From NCBI RefSeq assembly GCF_039654945.1, contig NW_027361703.1, positions 51,460,001 to 51,524,000 of the forward strand: 64,000 nucleotides of DNA, written 5' to 3'. Shown piece after piece: positions 55,301 through 64,000 of the stretch (position 1 is the stretch's first letter; each line of letters begins with the position of its first letter). The notes below the pieces were generated by a model. It ran no database searches. It worked only from the letters and a program-made list of their open reading frames with translations, and had not been told where the DNA came from. A program made the translations under genes and the position numbers. The stretch is from Dendrobates tinctorius (lineage: Eukaryota).

Positions 55301-56911
55301 AGAACTTGGAGGGAACTGCACTTCCCTGGTCTCCCAGTTGATGCGAGGATTCTGAACCTGGAGCCAAGGTAACCCCAGGATAATAGGAAAGTGAGGAGAA
55401 GATATTAGTAAAAAGGACAAATGTTCCACATGTTCCTCTCCAATGCATACCTTCACCGACTCAGTCTCCATGGTTACCGGTCCCGATGTAAGTGGTGACC
55501 CGTCTACTGTCTCCATCAAGACTGACGACTCCCTCTTCACTGCCCTGATTCCATGCTTCCTTGCAAACGCGATATCCATGAAGTTTCCACTGGCCCCGGA
55601 GTCCAACATGGCGGCGCTCTCGACACACCGACCCTGGAAGCAGACCCTCAAGGATAGGTAATAGTGGGAATTCTTCTTAGTAGCGAAGGAGGAAACGACG
55701 GATGTCATCGAGATCACCACTGCGTTCAATGGAAGAGATGCCAGCGAATTCATATCGGCAAAGTCCAGGTCTCTCTGATTGTCTCTGCCCCCCGAATTGT
55801 TCAGATCTAGGACGCAGGACTCCCCCGCCTCGGAGTTACAATCAATGATAGCTGCAGCCATCTTACGTCTCCTGACTGGACACTCGGAGATGAAGTGACC
55901 GGTCCCCCCGCAGTAGAAGCACAGGTTTTCCTTAAAGCGATGCTCCTTGCGGGCATCAGGAGGATTTCTACGTACGGCATCCACCTGCATCGGTTCGGGC
56001 TCGGGCTCGGGATTCCTCCTGCTGGTGACATCTCTGGAGGGAGAAGAGAACGGAACAGTGTTATTAAACCGTAGATCAGACCAGCGCTCCTGTCTGCGCT
56101 CAGAGAGTCGATTGTCAATGCGGATGCAGTGGTTGATGAAGTCCCCAAGAAGCACGGGCGAGTCCCCGCGTGCCAGTTCATCCTTAACTGCCGTAGACAA
56201 TCCCCTGCGGAAGATGGCCTGCTTGGCTGCCCCGTTCCAGGTGGTGTCTAAAGCCCATCTACGGAAGTCCAATGCATACTCCAGCACCGAACGCTTCCCC
56301 TGCCGAAGGGTCAGCAGCGTCGTCTCAGCAGTATTAGCTCGGTTCGGGTCATCAAACATCTGCGTCATTGCGGCAATGAAATTGTCCATAGAGTTAAGCA
56401 GAGGGTCGTCGGTCTCAATCAAAGGGTTGGCCCACGCGAGCGCCTTACCAGACAGCAGCATGACTATGGTCAGAACTTTGGAGCGTTCCGTAGTGAACTG
56501 TGGGGCATGAGCAGCAAAGAAGATCCGACACTGGTTCAAAAATCCTCGGAATTTATCCCTCTCACCAGCGAACCGGAAGGGTGGAAGCTTCGGGAAGGTC
56601 GGTGTAGTATCCCGGGCAACACCTGCTACCTGCGCGGCTGGGGCCTGTTCCAGAGCAGCAATCCGATCGAGCTGCATAGGAATCGCTTGCTCCAACGCCA
56701 GAACACGATCACCCTGAAGAGGAGCTGCTTGTTCCAGCGCCGTAATCCGATTTGCCAGTCGTTGCAACTGTGCCTCTGCTGTCCCGGCGTTGTGTTCGAT
56801 ACGTTGCTCCAGCGTGTCCAGCTGGGTCCTAATGCCTGCCACATCCTGCCGTATCAAAGCAAGCTGCTTGCTTACACGTTTCTCCAGGGACTCTACACCT
56901 GTGGTCTCCAT
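52340..56911 (-). CDS. gag-pol: Gag-Pol polyprotein, 1523 aa (coiled coil, capsid, CCHC knuckle, protease, RT, RNase H, integrase, chromodomain)
   Basis: CFYCGGTGHFISEC; LDSGAS; KLDLRGAY / MPFGL / YLDD; EVDASD and TDHRNL; HHCC zinc finger; SMDF..SDRG..GQTERTN; GPY; YVVEKIL..YLVKWQGY..NSWEP. Confidence 0.97.
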   Translation of the reverse strand: METTGVESLEKRVSKQLALIRQDVAGIRTQLDTLEQRIEHNAGTAEAQLQRLANRITALEQAAPLQGDRVLALEQAIPMQLDRIAALEQAPAAQVAGVARDTTPTFPKLPPFRFAGERDKFRGFLNQCRIFFAAHAPQFTTERSKVLTIVMLLSGKALAWANPLIETDDPLLNSMDNFIAAMTQMFDDPNRANTAETTLLTLRQGKRSVLEYALDFRRWALDTTWNGAAKQAIFRRGLSTAVKDELARGDSPVLLGDFINHCIRIDNRLSERRQERWSDLRFNNTVPFSSPSRDVTSRRNPEPEPEPMQVDAVRRNPPDARKEHRFKENLCFYCGGTGHFISECPVRRRKMAAAIIDCNSEAGESCVLDLNNSGGRDNQRDLDFADMNSLASLPLNAVVISMTSVVSSFATKKNSHYYLSLRVCFQGRCVESAAMLDSGASGNFMDIAFARKHGIRAVKRESSVLMETVDGSPLTSGPVTMETESVKVCIGEEHVEHLSFLLISSPHFPIILGLPWLQVQNPRINWETREVQFPPSSNSNPAIPKVAAIPKVVATTEGQLPMEYQDLAEVCDKKRADMLPPHRPYDCPIELISGAEIPFGRIYPLSGPELKALKDFIDENLAKGFIRPSTSPAGAPIFFVKKKDGGLRPCMDYRDLNKVTVMNRHPLPLISELLERVKQAKIFTKLDLRGAYNLVRIRSGDEWKTAFRCRYGHFESRVMPFGLRNAPATFQHFVNDIFRDVLDVFMVVYLDDILIFSSDLEEHRLHVRTVLQRLLHNHLYIKLEKCEFHRATVQFLGYVISPQGLQMDDQKTRAIQEWPAPGSVKEVQRFVGFANFYRRFIRNFSEIVAPITQLTKKGVPFRWTPQAQEAFTRLKDKFVSAPILRHPDPDLSFTLEVDASDVAIGAVLSQRGGEKAVLHPCAFLSQKLSPAQKNYDVGNKELLAIVTAFKEWRHLLLGSSTPITVLTDHRNLEFMQSVRCLNPRQARWSLFLNQFNVIISYRSGARNGKADALSRIAAPEEVIKSSPSTVVSPAHFISAIHHQDLLSEIKAAYAADPLLRQPTPEVSLNYNGGVWLQENRLYVPEVTRLEVLRLIHDSKIGGHRGITKTQEFLVRYFWWPSYRKDVEGYVSSCEVCARFKTPRASPSGLLQPLPIPSRPWRSISMDFIVELPVSKGKNTILVVVDRLTKAAHFIPCAGLPTAKQTADLLIQEVVRLHGVPDEVISDRGVQFTSRFWRCLCAALDIRVSLSSAYHPQTNGQTERTNQTLEQYLRCYLSHLQDDWVDLLPLAEFTYNNSQHSSTKQSPFFANQGYHPSILPQFPKEAAVPAVSDHLSFLQQNLEALKTTLTTAQERYKRAADRTRRPAPVYRVGDTVWLSTKNLRVRAPTVKLGQKFVGPYKIVALVNSVAVRLKLPPAWKVHPVFHVSLLKPVVPNSFPGRTSSPPAPVLVDGHEQYVVEKILDSRIFRRKLQYLVKWQGYSVEENSWEPVENICAPRLLEQFHLRYPDKPGRRLSGGHSLRGE

Positions 56912-56918
56912 ATTGGTG

Positions 56919-56929
56919 GCTTGTATATC
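56919..56929 (-). promoter_or_regulatory. Self-priming primer-binding site (GATATACAAGC)
   Basis: Lies 1 nt inside the 5' LTR junction; does not start with TGG; exact reverse complement of LTR positions 57499-57509. Confidence 0.8.
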
Positions 56930-56930
56930 C

Positions 56931-57662
56931 TGTAATGATGTATAGTAGGTTTCTATGAAGACAGTGGCTAGATGATAGAGTCACAGACACAGGTATACGT
57001 GAAAGTAGTTTGTATTAAACAAGCAGCACAGAACAGCACAGGTGCTGGCAGAGCCAGATAATGACAGCAGTGGTAACAGCAGCAGAACTCAGTCCAGTAG
57101 ATAGCAAGTTGTACACCAGCACTATGTAGATGTAAGCAGACACAGTCTGAAGAATGCAGGCAAGAACAGTCACTTAGCCCTCTCCCTTGCGGGAGGGGAG
57201 TCTTCGGGCACAGTGCAGTGGCAGAGAAAGTCACTAGGTAATTGATACTGGATGTGCAAAGGTAGCAGGGATAGTCTCTCAGGTGGAACGCACACAGCAG
57301 TCAAGATCTTCAGCGCATACCGTGAGTGCTGTAGTAGCGGTGAGCGGTGGAGGCAGGGCTGGAAGGAGCCTTCAGGCCGACCCCGTCAGAAGGTCCAGGC
57401 AGCGGCAGTTAGGCAGCAGGTAATCCAGGTGGATTCAGCAGGAAGGAAGGAGGTAGCACAGCGTGCAACTCCCAGCTAGCAGATCAGGTACAGGACGAGA
57501 TATACAAGCAAGGTAGTCACGTCCAGGAAAGCTATTTAAACCCGGCGGGCGGGACCAACAGGCGGTGATGTCACAGGAACCAGTATGGCCGAACGAAGCC
57601 AGGCTTAAGGGCAACAGTAAGGGCAAAGTCCGGAACACAGCAGAATAGGAACGATGCTTACA
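56931..57662 (-). repeat. 5' LTR with TATA-like TTTAAATA (57540-57533)
   Basis: Direct repeat of 51608-52339; the TATA-like box starts 31 nt upstream of the predicted start site at 57509. Confidence 0.95.
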
Positions 57663-60600
57663 CTCAGACGGTGTTAGGCCCAGTATGGATTGCACGTCAT
57701 TGCACAAAGGTTAGAAGGGGTACCGTATCCCCGGAAAACATGTATGGATAGCGTACACATTCAAAATATATGTCTATACAGCATGAGGCAGGCTCAGACG
57801 GTGTTAGGCCCAGTATGGATTGCACGTCATTGCACAAAGGTTAGAAAGGGTACCGTATCCCTGGATAACATGTATGGATAGCGTACACATTCAAAATATA
57901 TGTCTATACAGCATGAGGCAGGCTCAGACGGTGTTAGGCCCAGTATGGATTGCACGTCATTGCACAAAGGTTAGAAAGGGTACCGTATCCCTGGATAACA
58001 TGTATGGATAGCGTACACATTCAAAATATATGTCTATACAGCATGAGGCAGGCTCAGACGGTGTTAGGCCCAGTATGGATTGCACGTCATTGCACAAAGG
58101 TTAGAAGGGGTACAGTATCCCCGGATAACATGTATGGATAGCGTTCACATTCAAAATATATGTCTATACAGCATGAGGCAGGCTCAGACGGTGTTAGGCC
58201 CAGTATGGATTGCGCGTCATTGCACAAAGGTTAGAAGGGGTACCGTATCACCGGATAACATGTATGGATAGTGTACACATTCAAAATATATGTCTATACA
58301 GCATGAGGCAGGCTCAGACGGTGTTAGGCCCAGTATGGATTGCACGTCATTGCACAAAGGTTAGAAAGGGTACCGTATCCCTGGATAACATGTATGGATA
58401 GCGTACACATTCAAAATATATGTCTATACAGCATGAGGCAGGCTCAGACGGTGTTAGGCCCAGTATGGATTGCACGTCATTGCACAAAGGTTAGAAGGGG
58501 TACCGTATCCCCAGATAACATGTATGGATAGCGTACACATTCAAAATATATGTCTATACAGCATGAGGCAGGCTCAGACGGTGTTAGGCCCAGTATGGAT
58601 TGCACGTCATTGCACAAAGGTTAGAAGGGGTACCGTATCCCCGGATAACATGTATGGATAGCGTACACATTCAAAATATATGTCTATACAGCATGAGGCA
58701 GGCTCAGACGGTGTTAGGCCCAGTATGGATTGCACGTCATTGCACAAAGGTTAGAAGGGGTACCGTATCCCCGGATAACATGTATGGATAGCGTACACAT
58801 TCAAAATATATGTCTATACAGCATGAGGCAGGCTCAGACGGTGTTAGGCCCAGTATGGATTGCACGTCATTGCACAAAGGTTAGAAGGGGTACCGTATCC
58901 CCGGATAACATGTATGGATAGTGTACACATTCAAAATATATGTCTCTACAGCATGAGGCAGGCTCAGACGGTGTTAGGCCCAGTATGGATTGCACGTCAT
59001 TGCACTAAGGTTAGAAAGGGTACCGTATCCCTGGATAACATGTATGGATAGCGTACACATTCAAAATATATGTCTATACAGCATGAGGCAGGCTCAGACG
59101 GTGTTAGGCCCAGTATGGATTGCACGTCATTGCACAAAGGTTAGAAGGGGTACCGTATCCCCGGATAACATGTATGGATAGTGTACACATTCAAAATATA
59201 TGTCTATACAGCATGAGGCAGGCTCAGACGGTGTTAGGACCAGTATGGATTGCACATCATTGCACAAAGGTTAGAAGGGGTACCGTATCCCCGGATAACA
59301 TGTATGGATAGCGTACACATTCAAAATATATGTCTATACAGCATGAGGCAGGCTCAGACAGTGTTAGGCCCAGTATGGATTGCACGTCATTGCACAAAGG
59401 TTAGAAAGGGTACCGTATCCCTGGATAACATGTATGGATAGCGTACACATTCAAAATATATATGTCTATACAGCATGAGGCAGGCTCAGACGGTGTTAGG
59501 CCCAGTATGGATTGCACGTCATTGCACAAAGGTTAGAAGGGGTACCGTATCCCCGGATAACATGTATGGATAGCGTACACATTCAAAATATATGTCTATA
59601 CAGCATGAGGCAGGCTCAGACGGTGTTAGGCCCAGTATGGATTGCATATCATTGCACAAAGGTTAGAAGGGGTACCGTATCCCCGGATAACATGTATGGA
59701 TAGCGTACACATTCAAAATATATGTCTATACAGCATGAGGCAGGCTCAGACGGTGTTAGGCCCAGTATGGATTGCACGTCATTGCACAAAGGTTAGAAAG
59801 GGTACCGTATCCCTGGATAACATGTATGGATAGCGTACACATTCAAAATATATGTCTATACAGCATGAGGCAGGCTCAGACGGTGTTAGGCCCAGTATGG
59901 ATTGCACGTCATTGCACAAAGGTTAGAAGGGGTACCGTATCCCCGGATAACATGTATGGATAGCGTACACATTCAAAATATATGTCTATACAGCATGAGG
60001 CAGGCTCAGACGGTGTTAGGCCCAGTATGGATTGCACGTCATTGCACAAAGGTTAGAAGGGGTACCGTATCCCCGGATAACATGTATGGATAGTGTACAC
60101 ATTCAAAATATATGTCTATACAGCATGAGGCAGGCTCAGACGGTGTTAGGCCCAGTATGGATTGCACGTCATTGCACAAAGGTTAGAAGGGGTACCGTAT
60201 CCCCGGATAACATGTATGGTTAGCATACACATTCAAAATATATGTCTATACAGCATGAGGCAGGCTCAGACGGTGTTAAGCCCAGTATGGATTGCACGTC
60301 ATTGCACAAAGGTTAGAAAGGGTACCGTATCCCTGGATAACATGTATGGATAGCGTACACATTCAAAATATATGTCTATACAGAATGAGACAGGCTCAGA
60401 CGGTGTTAGGCCCAGTATGGATTGCACGTCATTGCACAAAGGTTAGAAGGGGTACCGTATCCCCGGATAACATGTATGGATAGCGTACACATTCAAAATA
60501 TATGTCTATACAGCATGAGGCAGGCTCAGACGGTGTTAGGCCCAGTATGGATTGCACGTCATTGCACAAAGGTTAGAAGGGGTACCGTATCCCCGGATAA

Positions 60601-63600
60601 CATGTATGGATAGCGTACACATTCAAAATATATGTCTATACAGCATGAGGCAGGCTCAGACGGTGTTAGGCCCAGTATGGATTGCACGTCATTGCACAAA
60701 GGTTAGAAGGGGTACCGTATCCCCAGATAACATGTATGGATAGCGTACACATTCAAAATATATGTCTATACAACATGAGGCAGGCTCAGACGGTGTTAGG
60801 CCCAGTATGGATTGCACGTCATTGCACAAAGGTTAGAAGGGGTACCGTATCCCCGGATAACATGTATGGATAGTGTACACATTCAAAATATATGTCTATA
60901 CAGCATGAGGCAGGCTCAGACGGTGTTAGGCCCAGTATGGATTGCACGTCATTGCACAAAGGTTAGAAAGGGTACCGTATCCCTGGATAACATGTATGGA
61001 TAGCGTTCACATTCAAAATATATGTCTATACAGCATGAGGCAGGCTCAGACGGTGTTAGGCCCAGTATGGTTTGCACGTCATTGCACAAAGGTTAGAAGG
61101 GGTACTGTATCCCCGGATAACATGTATGGATAGCGTACACATTCAAAATATATGTCTATACAGCATGAGGCAGGCTCAGACGGTGTTAGGCCCAGTATGG
61201 ATTGCACGTCAGTGCACAAAGGTTAGAAGGGGTACCGTATCCCCGGATAATATGTATGGATAGCGTACACATTCAAAATATATGTCTATACAGCATGAGG
61301 CAGGCTCAGACGGTGTTAGGCCCAGTATGGATTGCACGTCATTGCACAAAGGTTAGAAGGGGTACCGTATCCCCGGATAACATGTATGGATAGCGTACAC
61401 ATTCAAAATATATGTCTATACAGCATGAGGCAGGCTCAGACGGTGTTAGGCCCAGTATGGATTGCACGTCATTGCACAAAGGTTAGAAGGGGAACCGTAT
61501 CCCCGGATAACATGTATGGATAGCGTACACATTCAAAATATATGTCTATACAGCATGAGGCAGGCTCAGACGGTGTTAGGCCCAGTAAGGATTGCACGTC
61601 ATTGTACAAAGGTTAGAAGGGGTACCGTATCCCCGGATAACATGTATGGATAGTGTACACATTCAAAATATATGTCTATACAGCATGAGGCAGGCTCAGA
61701 CGGTGTTAGGCCCAGTATGGATTGCACGTCATTGCACAAAGGTTAGAAAGGGTACCATATCCCTGGATAACATGTATGGATAGCGTACACATTCAAAATA
61801 TATGTCTATACAGCATGAGGCAGGCTCAGACGGTGTTAGGCCCAGTATGGATTGCACGTCATTGCACAAAGGTTAGAAGGGGTACCGTATCCCCGGATAA
61901 CATGTATGGATAGTGTACACATTCAAAATATATGTCTATACAGCATGAGGCAGGCTCAGACGGTGTTAGGCCCAGTATGGATTGCACGTCATTGCACAAA
62001 GGTTAGAAGGGGTACCGTATCCACGGATAACATATATGGATAGCGTACACATTCAAAATATATGTCTATACAGCATGAGGCAGGCTCAGACGGTGTTAGG
62101 CCCAGTATGGATTGCACGTCATTGTACAAAGGTTAGAAGGGGTACCGTATCCCCGGATAACATGTATGGATAGTGTACACATTCAAAATATATGTCTATA
62201 CAGCATGAGGCAGGCTCAGACGGTGTTAGGCCCAGTATGGATTGCACGTCATTGCACAAAGGTTAGAAAGGGTACCGTATCCCTGGATAACATGTATGGA
62301 TAGCGTACACATTCAAAATATATGTCTATACAGCATGAGGCAGGCTCAGACGGTGTTAGGCCCAGTATGGATTGCACGTCATTGCACAAAGGTTAGAAGG
62401 GGTACCGTATCCCCGGATAACATGTATGGATAGCGTACACATTCAAAATATATGTCTATACAGCATGAGGCAGGCTCAGACGGTGTTAGGCCCAGTATGG
62501 ATTGCACGTCATTGCACAAAGGTTAGAAGGGGTACCGTATCCCCGGATAACATGTATGGATAGCATACACATTCAAAATATATGTCTATACAGCATGAGG
62601 CAGGCTCAGACGGTGTTAGGCCCAGTATGGATTGCACGTCATTGCACAAAGGTTAGAAAGGGTACCGTATCCCTGGATAACATGTATGGATAGCGTACAA
62701 ATTCAAAATATATCTCTATACAGAATGAGGCAGGCTCAGACGGTGTTAGGCCCAGTATGGATTGCACGTCATTGCACAAAGGTTAGAAGGGGTACCGTAT
62801 CCCCGGATAACATGTATGGATAGCGTACACATTCAAAATATATGTCTATACAGCATGAGGCAGGCTCAGACGGTGTTAGGCCCAGTAAGGATTGCACATC
62901 ATTGCACAAAGGTTAGAAGGGGTACCGTATCCCCGGATAACATGTATGGATAGTGTACACATTCAAAATATATGTCTATACAGCATGAGGCAGGCTCAGA
63001 CGGTGTTAGGCTCAGTATGGATTGCTCGTCATTGCACAAAGGTTAGAAAGGGTACCATATCCCTGGATAACATGTATGGATAGCGTACACATTCAAAATA
63101 TATGTCTATACAGCATGAGGCAGGCTCAGACGGTGTTAGGCCCAGTATGGAGTGCACGTCATTGCACAAAGGTTAGAAGGGGTACCGTATCCCCGGATAA
63201 CATGTATGGATAGCGTACACATTCAAAATATATGTCTATACAGCATGAGGCAGGCTCAGACGGTGTTAGGCCCAGTATGGATTGCACGTCATTGCACAAA
63301 GGTTAGAAGGGGTACCGTATCCCCGGATAACATGTATGGATAGCGTACACATTCAAAATATATGTCTATACAGCATGAGGCAGGCTCAGACGGTGTTAGG
63401 CCCAGTATGGATTGCACGTCATTGCACAAAGGTTAGAAGGGGTACCGTATCCCCGGATAACATGTATGGATAGCGTACACATTCAAAATATATGTCTATA
63501 CAGCATGAGGCAGGCTCAGACGGTGTTAGGCCCAGTATGGATTGCACGTCATTGCACAAAGGTTAGAAGGGGTACCGTATCCCCGGATAACATGTATGGA

Positions 63601-64000
63601 TAGTGTACACATTCAAAATATATGTCTATACAGCATGAGGCAGGCTCAGACGGTGTTAGGCCCAGTATGGATTGCACGTCATTGCACAAAGGTTTGAAAG
63701 GGTACCGTATCCCTGGATAACATGTATGGATAGCGTACACATTCAAAATATATGTCTATACAGCATGAGGCAGGCTCAGACGGTGTTAGGCCCAGTATGG
63801 ATTGCACGTCATTGCACAAAGGTTAGAAGGGGTACCGTATCCCCGGATAACATGTATGGATAGCGTACACATTCAAAATATATGTCTATACAGCATGAGG
63901 CAGGCTCAGACGGTGTTAGGCCCAGTATGGATTGCACGTCATTGCACAAAGGTTAGAAGGGGTACCGTATCCCCGGATAACATGTATGGATAGCGTACAC
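57663..64000. repeat. 130-bp satellite array, ~49 units, continues past the window end
   Basis: Unit CCCAGTATGGATTGCACGTCATTGCACAAAGGTTAGAAGGGGTACCGTATCCCCGGATAACATGTATGGATAGCGTACACATTCAAAATATATGTCTATACAGCATGAGGCAGGCTCAGACGGTGTTAGG; few substitutions per unit and one 2-bp insertion near 59461. Confidence 0.97.

Larger units (their letters stand above)
51608..57662 (-). mobile_element. Full-length Ty3/Gypsy chromovirus LTR retrotransposon (Tf1/sushi-like)
   Basis: Two 732-bp TG..CA LTRs; 5-bp TSD CTCAG (51603-51607, 57663-57667); PPT AAGGGGGGAATAA abutting the 3' LTR; intact polyprotein. Confidence 0.97.

Noticed and set aside
53310-56935. Plus-strand ORFs antisense to gag-pol (e.g. 55947-56510)
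   Set aside because: Shadow ORFs of a GC-balanced coding strand; no motifs.
57690-63993. Dozens of 63-aa ORFs (MHVIAQRLEG...)
   Set aside because: Artefact of the 130-bp periodicity: TTG starts, mutually overlapping, no domain similarity.
57663-64000. CRISPR-like array
   Set aside because: The whole 130-bp unit is repeated; there are no unique spacers and no cas genes, and the context is eukaryotic.

Overview
Eukaryotic, AT-rich, repeat-dense DNA with no recognisable host protein-coding exon. The mix of CR1 LINEs, a tRNA-derived V-type SINE, Tc1 elements and TTAA, TWA and 8-bp-TSD MITEs suggests a vertebrate, most likely a frog (inference). The main structure is at the right end. A hAT-type terminal repeat at 50254 leads into a 130-bp tandem satellite (~51098 to the window end, ~53 units). 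A very young, intact Ty3/Gypsy chromovirus has inserted into that satellite: 51608-57662, minus strand, 732-bp LTRs differing at 2 sites, CTCAG TSD, one 1523-aa gag-pol ORF. This element has no tRNA primer-binding site. Instead its PBS is the exact 11-nt complement of the predicted transcript 5' end, as in Tf1-type self-priming. Other notable items: a near-intact Tc1 flanked by a 186-bp direct duplication instead of a TA TSD; a CR1 carrying nested Tc1, LTR-remnant and MITE insertions; a minimal hammerhead-ribozyme motif; two long palindromes; a 1.5-kb solo LTR; and many MITEs. All coordinates were read by eye and no database searches were run.
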